The notes beneath the pieces are model-generated. The model was given only the letters and a program-made list of their open reading frames with translations. It ran no database searches and was not told the origin of the DNA. A stretch of 64,000 nt of DNA, from positions 1,440,001 to 1,504,000 of the forward strand of contig OZ244744.1 in the NCBI GenBank assembly GCA_965219455.1. The letters run 5' to 3'. A program made the translations under genes and the position numbers. The number at the start of each line of letters is the position of its first letter. Position 1 is the first letter of the stretch. This DNA comes from Candidatus Latescibacterota bacterium. Lineage in GTDB: Bacteria > Latescibacterota > UBA2968 > GCA-2709665. Below, piece after piece: positions 18,891-29,064 of this stretch.

Positions 18891-20870
18891 TCAGGCGTTC
18901 GTGAGCCACTCGTGCAACGCGGTTCGGTTGACCTGCCGACGCGAGACCGTCAGGGCTGAACCGGCCTGCGCGGCGCGGTAACACGTGCGAAATTCCTCTA
19001 CGCGGAAGTCTGTGCCCGCGTTGTGGATATATAGAGGCGCGGGCGCGATCAGCGCGGCGGCCGAGCGAAGGTCACCGGCGGCGCGGATGGCCGGGATGAA
19101 GAGGTGTTCGGCCCAATGGGCGTCGTCGCTGGCCCGGAACCGGTTACCGTTTACGACAGTGCGGCCGACACCGGGCGACAGGGCGCGCGCGAACAGGCAC
19201 CAGAGCCCTGCGGCGCCCATGCCCAGAAGTTGAACGGATGTCACGTCGGTGCGGGACCCGAGATAGGCCAGCGCTGTGAGGATGTCCTGTATTCTGCAGG
19301 ACGCATCGCCGGGGTTGTAGGTGTGGAAATGGGGCGCATCCGTGTCCCGGCGCCCCGTGTTTGAAGGAGAGGATCCAACGAGGAACGGGCTGATGGTCAG
19401 AACCCGGTGGCCCCGCCGGAGCAGGTCGGCGACCACGGGGCCGGGTGCGCCGTTATCGGGGTCGGACAGGGCGTCATTGCCGCCAGGGTGCACCAGGAGC
19501 GTGCCCGGAGACTTCTCCAGGCCGTTTCGCGACAGAAACAGCCGCGCGGGAACGCGGTCTCCGAAATCCCGCCGGCCAAGAAGCAGCCGCTGGATGATGT
19601 GCCGCCCGTTCCTGGTACGCCCCAGGTCCCTCGCGACAGGCGCCTTCGGGTACGTGGCGGCGATGGCGTGCCGGAGCGCCGGCGCCATCCGCTCCTTGAA
19701 CCGGCACAGGGAGGCCGGGTTATCCGGCAGTGCGTCTTTCAGGCGCGTCTCGGAACGGGCGATCAGGAATTGCGTGAGCCCGTCGGCATCCAGGGCGTGG
19801 GCGGGCGGCTTCCGGTTGTGGAAAACCAGCAGATCCTCGTCGGGTTCCACCGCAAAAGCCCGCTCCTTGAATGGTTCGTCCCTGCCGAGCAGCCACCTGC
19901 CGAACCATCCATATACGTATTCACGGCTCTTGCGATTGTAGTTGTGCCCGGCATCGACCTGCGCGGTGGCGACTCTGTCCGCGGCGTTGTACAGGTTGTA
20001 GATGTCCCGAATCGCAGGATATTCCAGTTCGGGCGTATTGCACGTCCAGTCGCCGGAGGCGGAGACGAGGAACAGCGGGCGCGGCGCCATTGCGGCCGCG
20101 ATCTCGACGTTGTTGACGTCCAGGCGGAGATGGGCCTGGTTTTCACAGTTGCAGCCGCCCTGCATGTGGGCCGAAATCATATTGACCGGCGCCGCAACTT
20201 TGACCCGGTCGTCCACCGCGGCAAGCATGAAGGTCTGGGTTCCTCCACCCGATGCGCCGGTGCAGCCGATCCGGTCCGGGTCCACGTCCGGAAGGGCCTG
20301 AAGGAAGTCGATAACGCGGATGCTGTTCCACAGCTGCAGCCCCATGACGCCGATGCCCCAGAGGTCTTCCACGCGTCCGCCGAATTCCCGATGCTCGATC
20401 TGGCTGCTGTCATTATACCCCGCCATGTCGTACGAAAAGACAACATGACCCTGGAGGGCCAGGTTGATACAACGACCCGGTATGGAAGCGAACGCCGTGT
20501 CGTCGTTCTCGAGCCGACCGCGACGGCAGTGGCCGTGGGGGCAGGCAACGCCGGGGTGGGGTCCACCATTCGACGGACGATACAGGTTGCCGCACACCAG
20601 AAACCCCGGTAGAGACTCTAAGAAGACTTTCTCCACGGAGTAGCCCCCGCGCTCCACGCGTCCGAACACGCGGGGTTCGAGGGGGCTCTTTTCGGGCAAT
20701 GGGTACAAACCAAGAACAACGAGGATGTGTTTCCTTATATGCGCGGCGCGGGCTTCCCATTCTTCAAGTGACGAACAGGCCGCCAGTGTCCACGGGGTGT
20801 GGACGTGACGGGACTCGGCAAGGCGGGCATCGGGCACGGCCTCGGAGATGTAATCTGCAACGGTAGCCAC
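18891..20870 (-). CDS. Alpha/beta hydrolase, acetylxylan-esterase-like, two-domain
   Basis: RIGCTGASGGGTQT nucleophile elbow, CPHGH, GGCNCEN, HNYN; AGGAGA upstream of the GTG start. Confidence 0.82.
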   Translation of the reverse strand: MATVADYISEAVPDARLAESRHVHTPWTLAACSSLEEWEARAAHIRKHILVVLGLYPLPEKSPLEPRVFGRVERGGYSVEKVFLESLPGFLVCGNLYRPSNGGPHPGVACPHGHCRRGRLENDDTAFASIPGRCINLALQGHVVFSYDMAGYNDSSQIEHREFGGRVEDLWGIGVMGLQLWNSIRVIDFLQALPDVDPDRIGCTGASGGGTQTFMLAAVDDRVKVAAPVNMISAHMQGGCNCENQAHLRLDVNNVEIAAAMAPRPLFLVSASGDWTCNTPELEYPAIRDIYNLYNAADRVATAQVDAGHNYNRKSREYVYGWFGRWLLGRDEPFKERAFAVEPDEDLLVFHNRKPPAHALDADGLTQFLIARSETRLKDALPDNPASLCRFKERMAPALRHAIAATYPKAPVARDLGRTRNGRHIIQRLLLGRRDFGDRVPARLFLSRNGLEKSPGTLLVHPGGNDALSDPDNGAPGPVVADLLRRGHRVLTISPFLVGSSPSNTGRRDTDAPHFHTYNPGDASCRIQDILTALAYLGSRTDVTSVQLLGMGAAGLWCLFARALSPGVGRTVVNGNRFRASDDAHWAEHLFIPAIRAAGDLRSAAALIAPAPLYIHNAGTDFRVEEFRTCYRAAQAGSALTVSRRQVNRTALHEWLTNA

Positions 20871-21175
20871 GTAGAGTTTCTCCTGAACGCCTGAAACGCG
20901 TGGCGCCTGGACCCTTCAGCGGGAAATTGAAACCGGGAACACCGCGCGTCCATCCGACCAGGCCCGCGGGTGGCGCCCGGACCGTGCGTTTCGATACCGG
21001 TTGAGGAAGACGTCCGTGCGGCGATAGATTGCGGGAAAGATAAAGCCCCGGACGGCGAAACGCAAGGTGCATCGCAGCAATGATCCGATACTCAGATCCG
21101 GCTGGATTGATACCGTGGAATTCACTATATTGACGCGTTAAAAATAGAGGAACTTTCTCCAAGGGAGGCCACACG

Positions 21176-21559
21176 ATGGACAAGCGGGAGATCAGACACC
21201 CGGATAAGCAGGTGGATACAGGGGCGTATTCGGCGGCGGTGGAAGTGGACGGCTGGGTTTACGTGAGTGGGCATGCATCGCTGGATATGGCCACTGGCGA
21301 CGTAATCGGCAACGATATCGAGACACAGACACGTACGACACTGGAGCATATCCGCAGGGTTCTGCAGGAAGCGGGCTGTTCCATGGACGACGTCGTAAAG
21401 TCGACGTGCCACCTGGCGGATATTGGCGATTTCGCGGCATTCAACGGGGCGTATTCGGAGTTCTTCACGGGTGTACGACCGGCCAGGACAACGGTGCAGT
21501 CCGTCCTGCCGGGCATCCTGGTGGAAATCGACGTGGTCGCCAGAAAACCGCAACAATAA
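21176..21559 (+). CDS. RidA/YjgF/UK114 family protein
   Basis: AYSAAV, VYVSG, DVVK, FAAFNGAYSEFF...RPARTTV, LVEIDVVA; GGGAGG RBS. Confidence 0.92.
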   Translation: MDKREIRHPDKQVDTGAYSAAVEVDGWVYVSGHASLDMATGDVIGNDIETQTRTTLEHIRRVLQEAGCSMDDVVKSTCHLADIGDFAAFNGAYSEFFTGVRPARTTVQSVLPGILVEIDVVARKPQQ

Positions 21560-21591
21560 CCCTGAACACCGTACCCTGAACGGCGGTGACA

Positions 21592-23556
21592 ATGGCTGTC
21601 ACGGAAAACGAGATTGTGTTTTTCAGATACCGCAACCGGTTGATGGCGGGCGTGTGCCTGTCTTCGCGCGGGGGAAAGGTGCGTTTCGCGACAGCGCGGA
21701 AGGAAACGGTGAATACGCCGGTTGAGAATGTGTTGCTCCGCACCGGCGAGAGCGCCGGAGACTGGACCGCGGCGGCCCGGTGGATGGCACGTGCTGAAGA
21801 GGAGAGCGAAGTCATAAATCTCGAGGATGCGTGGGAACTCGTGCGTGACGACGCGGATGTCTGGACCGTGGATGCATTGGCGGATCTCTATTTCGGAGGG
21901 GGCGTAACGCCGGATCAGCGCGCGGCGCTGCTGGTCCATCTCGAGCATAACTGCTATTTCGAGGCGGAGAGACGCGGGGGCGGGTACCGCGCGTTGAGCG
22001 ACGAGGAAGTTCATGATCGACAGGCCGCTGCCGGCCGTCAGGCGGCGCGCGCCGAGGAAAGGGCGCGGTTTCGGCAGTGGTTCGAGGAGAACCGGGAGGA
22101 ACCGCCGGAATATGTCTGCCGTTGGGTCGATCGGCTGAAGGATTACGTTTTGTACGGCGACAAGAGTATTCATCTTGGCTGGGTGGAACGCATGGCGGGC
22201 GCCAGGGTGGACGCGCGCATCGTCTTCAATCGACTTGTGCGCCACGGCGCCTGGGTTCCGGATGAACATCTGGACCTGATTCGATCCGAGGTGCCCGTCG
22301 AATTTCCGGCCGTTGTCAGCAAAGCGGCGGATGCGTTGCGCCTGCCTCCGCTGCTGGACGACGGCCGGCGCAGGGACCTGACGGATCTTGCGGTATACGC
22401 GGTCGACGACGCGACAACGACCGACATGGACGATGGCGTGTCGGTCCTGATACGAGCCGACAGGACCATGCAGGTGGGGGTACACATCACCGACGTGGCG
22501 GGGTTGATTCCCCTGGATTCCGAACCGGACCGGGAGGCGGCGGCGAGGATTTCCAGTCTTTACTTCCCGGACCGGAAGATTCCCATGTTTCCAGAGACGG
22601 TTTCAAGCGATCTGGGCAGTCTGCGACCGGGCGCGCCCCGGCTGGCGCTGAGTCAGCTGTTCGAGGTTTCGGCGGATGGAACGGTGGAAGGCGTTGATAT
22701 CGTTCCGTCCGTTATACGGTGCCGTGAGAAACTCTCGTATGAGGCCGTGGACGGGATTCTGGAGGATTCGTCCCATTCGCTGTACAACGACTTTTCGGCA
22801 TTGCACACCGTGGCGGAGTGGCACTGTATCGAGCGACTGCAGAACGGTGCAATCGACGTGGAACATCCGAATCGGCGAATCGGGATAACGGCAGACGGGG
22901 AAATCGAGTTTTCGATGCAGGACGGCAGATCCCCCGCCAATTTGCTCGTGAGCGAAATGATGGTGATGGCCAATGTGGCAGTAGCTCGATTTTGCAGGGA
23001 CCTGAACATTCCGGTGGTGTACCGGACCCAGACGGCGCCGGATCCGGCGGATTTCAGCGACGTGGAGAACGAAGTGTTGCGCCGGTACAACGTGTTGCGC
23101 AGAATGCGGCGGGCGTCGATGAGTGTGACGCCGGAATTGCATGGCGGGCTGGGTGTGGAGGCGTACTGCCAGACCTCTTCGCCGCTGCGCCGGTATACGG
23201 ACCTGGCGGTTCAACGTCAAGTGGCGGCGTATCTGCTGGATCAACCGCTGCCTTATGACGACGAGCGCATCCAGCGTGTGGTTTTCGAGGCCGAGGAACG
23301 GATGCGGACGTTGATCCGCATCGAGCGGCAGCGGGAGCGGTACTGGCTGTTCCGCTACCTGCAGGGTCGTATAGGCGACGTGTTCGATGCGGTGGCGCTG
23401 GAAGCGCGTGATCGGACACTGAACGTGGAAGTACTGGATTTCGCGTTCCAGACGGAAATCAGGCCGCCCGTGAACGTGCGGCCGGGAGACACCGTGTCCG
23501 TCCGATTGGGACGATGCGATCCCTGGCGGGGCGATATTTCCTTTTCTCCGGTATAG
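21592..23556 (+). CDS. Ribonuclease II/R (RNB domain) family exoribonuclease
   Basis: VDDATTTDMDDGVS, VHITDV, SLYFP...PMFP, LVSEMMVMAN, HGGLG...TSSPLRRYTDL. Confidence 0.88.
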   Translation: MAVTENEIVFFRYRNRLMAGVCLSSRGGKVRFATARKETVNTPVENVLLRTGESAGDWTAAARWMARAEEESEVINLEDAWELVRDDADVWTVDALADLYFGGGVTPDQRAALLVHLEHNCYFEAERRGGGYRALSDEEVHDRQAAAGRQAARAEERARFRQWFEENREEPPEYVCRWVDRLKDYVLYGDKSIHLGWVERMAGARVDARIVFNRLVRHGAWVPDEHLDLIRSEVPVEFPAVVSKAADALRLPPLLDDGRRRDLTDLAVYAVDDATTTDMDDGVSVLIRADRTMQVGVHITDVAGLIPLDSEPDREAAARISSLYFPDRKIPMFPETVSSDLGSLRPGAPRLALSQLFEVSADGTVEGVDIVPSVIRCREKLSYEAVDGILEDSSHSLYNDFSALHTVAEWHCIERLQNGAIDVEHPNRRIGITADGEIEFSMQDGRSPANLLVSEMMVMANVAVARFCRDLNIPVVYRTQTAPDPADFSDVENEVLRRYNVLRRMRRASMSVTPELHGGLGVEAYCQTSSPLRRYTDLAVQRQVAAYLLDQPLPYDDERIQRVVFEAEERMRTLIRIERQRERYWLFRYLQGRIGDVFDAVALEARDRTLNVEVLDFAFQTEIRPPVNVRPGDTVSVRLGRCDPWRGDISFSPV

Positions 23557-23589
23557 TGTCCTTTCCCGGAATTACGTCCCCATGCTTCC

Positions 23590-23614
23590 GCCTGTCCGGC
23601 GGACGCAGGCAGGC
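23590..23614. repeat. 25-bp GC-rich dispersed repeat
   Basis: GCCTGTCCGGCGGACGCAGGCAGGC; exact reverse complement at 34117-34141. Confidence 0.75.
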
Positions 23615-23820
23615 ATGCGTGAGACAGCACGCACAGGAAGGACGGATCATTCGGATTGCCTATTTGTTTCGTTGATTTCCTTCGAGATGGAAATTTCGAA
23701 TTTTTGCCGGCGGTCCGATAAATGCTCTGGAGGATTGCCCATTTGTTTCCTTTTTGTATATTACGTTCCGGGGAGGAGATGACGTCTCGATTCCCTGCCG
23801 GGCAACGGGTCTGTTGTTTG

Positions 23821-24005
23821 GAAGTTGTTTTAAAATTCCTGGTGAGTCCCGAGCGCGAGCGAAGAAGTGACGGTCAAGGCGGGAAAATCCGCCCAAGAGA
23901 GGCGAGCGAGCGCAGCCTCGACCTCTCAATACAGGTGGGTTTGACCAACGCCGACCGGCGCTTTTGCAGCCGCGCGAAGACCGCTGGGGATTTTAAGACA
24001 GCTTC
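23821..24005. mobile_element. MITE-like element, copy A
   Basis: Terminal inverted repeats GAAGTTGTTTTAAAATTCC / GGGATTTTAAGACAGCTTC; inverted homologue at 44441-44649; no coding capacity. Confidence 0.75.
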
Positions 24006-24021
24006 TTATGCGAGGGCATCC

Positions 24022-24726
24022 ATGAAAGACAATATTCTGGTGGTTGAAGACGAAGTCGATATTCAGGAAATCGTCTCTTACAATCTTGAGAAGGCGGGCT
24101 TTACGGTTTCCGCCGCCGAAACGGGCGAGGAGGCCCTCGATCAGATTCGGCAGGGGTGTCCGGACCTGGTCGTGCTGGACCTGATGTTGCCGGGAATAGA
24201 CGGCCTGGAAGTGTGCAGGTTGCTGAAGCAGGATGCGGCCACCCGCGATCTGCCAATTCTGATGCTGACGGCGCGCGCCGAGGAGGTGGACCGCGTCGTA
24301 GGGCTCGAACTGGGAGCGGACGACTATGTCGTAAAGCCGTTCTCGCCCCGCGAACTGGTGCTCCGTATCCAGGCCATTCTGAGGCGGCTGCCGGAGGGTC
24401 GGGACTCGGCGGCGACCGAGTCCGATCGGGACACGATAAGATTCGGGCCGCTCACGATCGATCGGACCGCCCACCGGGTAACCGTGAGCGGCGATGTGCT
24501 GACGTTGACATTCACCGAGTTCAGTTTGCTGGTTACACTGGCCGAGCGCAGGGGACGCGTGCAGTCCAGGGAGGAATTGTTGAATACGGTTTGGGGTTAC
24601 GACTACGCCGGTTATGGCCGGACCGTGGATACGCATATCCGGCGGTTGAGAGAGAAACTGGGCGGCGCGAGCGAAATGGTGGAGACGGTTCGGGGCGTTG
24701 GCTATCGATTCATGGGAGAAAGCTGA
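24022..24726 (+). CDS. phoB: OmpR/PhoB-family response regulator, phosphate regulon
   Basis: ILVVEDE, DLVVLDLMLPGIDG, LELGADDYVVKPFSPREL, RTVDTHIRRLREKLG, ETVRGVGY; context of phoR, pst and ppk. Confidence 0.85.
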   Translation: MKDNILVVEDEVDIQEIVSYNLEKAGFTVSAAETGEEALDQIRQGCPDLVVLDLMLPGIDGLEVCRLLKQDAATRDLPILMLTARAEEVDRVVGLELGADDYVVKPFSPRELVLRIQAILRRLPEGRDSAATESDRDTIRFGPLTIDRTAHRVTVSGDVLTLTFTEFSLLVTLAERRGRVQSREELLNTVWGYDYAGYGRTVDTHIRRLREKLGGASEMVETVRGVGYRFMGES

Positions 24727-24733
24727 GGAAAAG

Positions 24734-26182
24734 ATGTTTACAACGGCGCCCTCACCCGAAAGCCAGGGAATTCCGTCCCGCGCGATCCTGAATTTCCTGC
24801 AGCGGATCGACTCCGAGCGAATCTGCATGCACGGGTTCCTGCTGATGCGCCGCAACAGAATCGCCGCTGAGGGATACTGGGCCCCGTGGTCGGCTGAGCG
24901 CAAGCACCGGATGTATTCAGTCAGCAAGAGCTTTGTCGCGTTGGCGGTGGGGATGATGATCGACGAAGGCAGGCTCACGCTCGACGATCGGATCGCCGAA
25001 TACTTCCCGGACAAACTCCCGGAAAAACTCCATCCGTGGCTTGCCGCCTCAACCGTCAGGGACCTCCTGACGATGGCGACCCCCCATTCGAGAAACTCCT
25101 ATACGCGCAATAATCCGGACTGGGTCCGGACCTTCTTCAACCGGATCCCCTCACATCCTCCTGGAACGATCTTTTCGTACGACACCGCGGCAACCGTCGT
25201 GCTCACGGCCACGGTCGAACGGCTTTCCGGCATGCCCTTTCTGGATTACATGCGACCGAAATTTCTGGACCGGATCGGCTTTTCGACCGACGGATGGTGC
25301 ATCCGGACGCCCGAGGGAGTGTCGTGGGGCGGATCGGGGGTCATCTGTACGCTTCGCGATCTGGCCAGAGTCGCACTCACCTGCATGAACGGGGGCGTTT
25401 GGGGCGATGAAAGGGTTCTGCCGGAGGCGTACGTGCGCGCCGCGACCTCCAGCCGGATCGACAACGCCATCCGGGGGAACTGCGGGTACGGGTATCAGAT
25501 CTGGCGCGATAAAGAGAACGGATTTTCCTTCCGCGGGATGGGCAGTCAGTACGCCATCTGTTTTCCCGACAAGGCGTTTCTGTTCACATGCATCGCCGAC
25601 ACACAGGGAGCACCGGCCGGCAGCGCCATTCCTTCCGTGATGCGGGAGGAACTCTACCCCCACCTTTCAGATGCGCCGCTTCCGGAGAACCGCGAGGCCT
25701 ACGCGGAACTCTCCGATAAAATCGAGCGGCTGGCAGTCCTGCCGATCCCCGGGGATCCCGACGCAAGGGCGGCTTCGGAAGTCAATGGAGCCTGGTATGC
25801 TTTGGAAGACAACCCGATGGGGATCACGCGGATGCGCCTGTCGTTCAAGGAGGATGAGGGCGCCTGGGAGTACACCAACGGTCAGGGCGACAATGTGCTG
25901 CGGTTCGGTATCGGACGCGTGCTGCCGGGCAAGTTCCCTCAGCGCGGCTACTTCGGCGAACAGATCGGCTCGGTCCCCGGCATCGAATACGATTGCCTGG
26001 CATCGGCCGCGTGGATCGACGCACAGACGCTCAACATGGAAGTCTACATCACGGATATTTACCTGGGAGGGCTCAGGATATCTTTCGCCTTCAAGGGGGA
26101 AGAGATCGGCGTCTTTATGACAAAGCAAGCCGAGTGGTTCCTGGATGAATTCAATGGATTCGCCGGAGGAAAGCGCCTCTAA
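24734..26182 (+). CDS. Serine hydrolase, beta-lactamase-related family
   Basis: SxxK motif YSVSKSF, TVRDLLTM, PPGTIFSYD, GYGYQIW. Confidence 0.85.
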   Translation: MFTTAPSPESQGIPSRAILNFLQRIDSERICMHGFLLMRRNRIAAEGYWAPWSAERKHRMYSVSKSFVALAVGMMIDEGRLTLDDRIAEYFPDKLPEKLHPWLAASTVRDLLTMATPHSRNSYTRNNPDWVRTFFNRIPSHPPGTIFSYDTAATVVLTATVERLSGMPFLDYMRPKFLDRIGFSTDGWCIRTPEGVSWGGSGVICTLRDLARVALTCMNGGVWGDERVLPEAYVRAATSSRIDNAIRGNCGYGYQIWRDKENGFSFRGMGSQYAICFPDKAFLFTCIADTQGAPAGSAIPSVMREELYPHLSDAPLPENREAYAELSDKIERLAVLPIPGDPDARAASEVNGAWYALEDNPMGITRMRLSFKEDEGAWEYTNGQGDNVLRFGIGRVLPGKFPQRGYFGEQIGSVPGIEYDCLASAAWIDAQTLNMEVYITDIYLGGLRISFAFKGEEIGVFMTKQAEWFLDEFNGFAGGKRL

Positions 26183-26324
26183 GCTTGCACTGTGTTTGCG
26201 CCCGTTAAGGCCTTCGCCCTCTCCCTTCCTGCCGATTGACGCCAAGCCTTAAAATAGTGTCATGACGACTTTGTTTTTCTTATATTTATGACGAGTCAGT
26301 ACAGACTCTATTTGGATCTCGAAG

Positions 26325-26591
26325 ATGAATTGGCCTGATTGGTGGAATTGGGAACTGGAAATCACCCCGCACGTCGAAAAACGAATGGAGCAGAGAGATT
26401 TTACAGAGATTGCTCTGAGAGAGATGTTGAACCGTGCCCGTGGCCTTCGGCCGGATGAATATCACGGCCGATTTGTCGTGGAAAGTCGGTATCATCAGGA
26501 GGGTTGGGAGGTTATTGTCGAGCCGGATTTTGAGGAAGAATTGCTGGTGATCGTCACCGCGTATCCAGTCTGCGAGAGCGAAGAGCGATGA
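26325..26591 (+). CDS. DUF4258-like putative toxin
   Basis: TPHVEKRMEQRDF...EVIVEPD...LVIVTAY pattern; overlaps the next gene (ATGA). Confidence 0.7.
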   Translation: MNWPDWWNWELEITPHVEKRMEQRDFTEIALREMLNRARGLRPDEYHGRFVVESRYHQEGWEVIVEPDFEEELLVIVTAYPVCESEER

Positions 26592-26857
26592 GAGATCGAT
26601 ATTTGGAAATTACGTTTCGGAAGGGGCGGCCGCTGGCAGCGTATTTATATTTTCCCCGAAACGTCCGAGCCAGGAGTGTCAGGACTGACAAGATTCGGAA
26701 GGGTTTTCTGGTGGATTATGAGGCAGAAGGACACCCGATCGGACTGGAAATCACTGCTCCGACTCATGTGACGTCCGACCAGATCAACGAGGTGTTGAAG
26801 GAACTGAACGTTCCCCTGCTTGATCCTGAAGAGTTCGCACCATTACGGGCAGCATAG
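26588..26857 (+). CDS. DUF2283-like putative antitoxin
   Basis: AAYLYF...LVDY...PIGLEI pattern; coupled to the DUF4258-like gene. Confidence 0.7.
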   Translation: MRDRYLEITFRKGRPLAAYLYFPRNVRARSVRTDKIRKGFLVDYEAEGHPIGLEITAPTHVTSDQINEVLKELNVPLLDPEEFAPLRAA

Positions 26858-27117
26858 GCAGGTTTTCAATGGGCGGAAGCATCTAACGACAGTCTTTCAG
26901 ATCGGGTTGAAGTCCTGCATTCTTGGCTGTTCTTTATCAATGGCCTGTGTCCCATTTTTTTCGAGATGGCACGGGTCATTTTTGTCATTGAAATTGCGGG
27001 GAAATAGATGATCCATGGGAGGTATTATTGGCCGGCATTTTCATCTCCAAGGTTACGGTTTTCCATATATTAAAGTCAACAATAGCGTATTAGGACAGTG
27101 CGGTCAGGGGGCGTTAG

Positions 27118-28989
27118 ATGCGATTTCATTGGCGGTTGATGTTGATTTGTGTGGCGGTTGTCGCAATGGCCATGGCGGCCGTACATTTGTATTTGACCCA
27201 TACGATTCGGGATATCCTGCTGGCGCAACGCCGGGATACGCTCACGCAGGAGGTCCGGACGGCCGTCGCCCAATTTGCAGGCCAATGGGCGGAAGCCGCG
27301 GCTTCCGGTACCGTGAATGAGATCGTGAACCGGATCGGGCGGCGGTTGGACGTTCGTGCGACGGTTATTGACGGCGACGGGAAGGTGCTGTGGGATTCGG
27401 AGGTTCGGGTGGAGGATCTTGCACGGCTGGCGAATCAGGCAGACCGCCCGGAGGTCCGGTCCGCGTGGGAAGGCTCGGTTGGCCGACACCTGCGTTCCGG
27501 CGAATCGACGGAACGGGAAATGCAGTTTGTGGCCAAGACCATTCCAGGGCTGCGTGACGGGCGCGTGGTGATGCGGCTGGGCGCACCGCTGAATCACGTG
27601 GGACAACTCGAGGATCGCGTCAGTCGCGCGATGTGGGCGGCATCCGCGCTGGGGTTGGCCCTGGCTCTGCTGCTGTCCTACAACGTCTCGCAATATATCT
27701 CGCGTCCCATAGAAAAACTGACGCGCGTTGCGCGTTCGGTGGCCGCGGGTAACTTCGATGAGGAGGTGCCGTCCGTTGCTTCTTCCCGGGAATTTAGGGA
27801 TCTGGCAAGGGCTCTGGATTCAACGCGGCAGCAGGTCCGGGACCGGATTTCGGATATTGTCGGGGAAAAGTCCAGGCTGGAGACGATCCTGTCGGACATT
27901 ACCGTGGGCATCCTTGTCACGGGGCGCGACGGCCGCGTTCTGCTTACCAATCACACCTTCGAGCAGTTCTTCGGCGTGATGCCGCCCACGGAAGGCCGGC
28001 CGCCGGTGGAAATGATCCGTGACGTGCAGGTCCAGGAGGCAATCGAACACACCCTGAGAACCGGCGAAGCCCGAACGCAGGCAATGACAACGTCCGGTCT
28101 GCCCGAGCGCCATTTCGACGTGCACGTGGGACCCATTCGCCGGAAGGGCGCGGGAATGGGTGTGGTGGCGGTCTTCTACGATACGACCGAATTGCACCGG
28201 CTGGAGCGCGCGCGCAAGGATTTTGTGGCCAATGTATCCCACGAAATACGAACGCCGCTCACGGCCATCAAGGGGTGCGCGGATACGCTGGCCGAGGGCG
28301 CGCTTGACGACCGTGCAACCGCCGAGCGGTTCGTGCAAACCATACTCGCGCATTCAGACCGGCTCCAACTGCTGCTGGAAGATCTGCTCGATCTTTCGCG
28401 GCTGCAGTCCGACAGGCTGGCGATTGAAAAGGAAGACTTCTCAATCCGAAGGGTGGTGGACCGGGCGTACGATTCAATCCGGCAGCAGGCCGAAGACAAA
28501 GGTATTGCGGTTGCGGTTACGGTTCAGGATGAACTGACGGTCCGGGGCGACCCGAAGTTGATTGAGCAGGCCGTGGTCAACCTGCTCGACAATGCCGTGA
28601 AATATACACCGCAAAGCGGGCAGGTGCGGGTGGCTGCCAGACGGCTGGGTACGGATGAGGTATTCGCGGGAGAGGATGCGGAGAACACGCCGCGGTTTGT
28701 ACTGGCGGCGGATGCGGGCTATCCGGATGAGGATTCAAGACCGGTCGCGTCGGGCGAAAGCGTGGCCCTGGAAGTCGTGGATACCGGTATCGGGATCGCT
28801 TCGGATTCGCTGCCGCGGGTGTTCGAACGGTTTTACAGGGTGGACAAGGGACGCTCCAGGAGCCTGGGCGGAACCGGTCTGGGGCTTTCGATTGTCCGGC
28901 ACATCATCGAGGCCCACGGAGAACGGGTATACGTAAAGAGCGTACTCGGCGCCGGGGCGACGTTCGGCTTCACCCTACCGATCGCATAG
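27118..28989 (+). CDS. phoR: Phosphate regulon sensor histidine kinase (TM-HAMP-PAS-HisKA-HATPase)
   Basis: RKDFVANVSHEIRTPLT, NLLDNAVKYT, DTGIGI, FERFYRVDKGRSR..GGTGLGLSIV. Confidence 0.88.
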   Translation: MRFHWRLMLICVAVVAMAMAAVHLYLTHTIRDILLAQRRDTLTQEVRTAVAQFAGQWAEAAASGTVNEIVNRIGRRLDVRATVIDGDGKVLWDSEVRVEDLARLANQADRPEVRSAWEGSVGRHLRSGESTEREMQFVAKTIPGLRDGRVVMRLGAPLNHVGQLEDRVSRAMWAASALGLALALLLSYNVSQYISRPIEKLTRVARSVAAGNFDEEVPSVASSREFRDLARALDSTRQQVRDRISDIVGEKSRLETILSDITVGILVTGRDGRVLLTNHTFEQFFGVMPPTEGRPPVEMIRDVQVQEAIEHTLRTGEARTQAMTTSGLPERHFDVHVGPIRRKGAGMGVVAVFYDTTELHRLERARKDFVANVSHEIRTPLTAIKGCADTLAEGALDDRATAERFVQTILAHSDRLQLLLEDLLDLSRLQSDRLAIEKEDFSIRRVVDRAYDSIRQQAEDKGIAVAVTVQDELTVRGDPKLIEQAVVNLLDNAVKYTPQSGQVRVAARRLGTDEVFAGEDAENTPRFVLAADAGYPDEDSRPVASGESVALEVVDTGIGIASDSLPRVFERFYRVDKGRSRSLGGTGLGLSIVRHIIEAHGERVYVKSVLGAGATFGFTLPIA

Positions 28990-29018
28990 TCGTACGCCCT
29001 GGTTTCACGAAAGAATGG

Positions 29019-29057
29019 AAGACGGAGGATCGAAAGACTGCCCTCCGTCTTTTTTTT
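29019..29057 (+). terminator. Intrinsic terminator between convergent phoR and ppk1
   Basis: AAGACGGAGG-N13-CCTCCGTCTT stem followed by a T run. Confidence 0.7.
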
Positions 29058-29064
29058 CGGGGAT

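Noticed and set aside
23722-24021. 100-aa N-terminal extension of PhoB in the ORF track
   Set aside because: It reads through the MITE; the receiver domain begins at ATG 24022.
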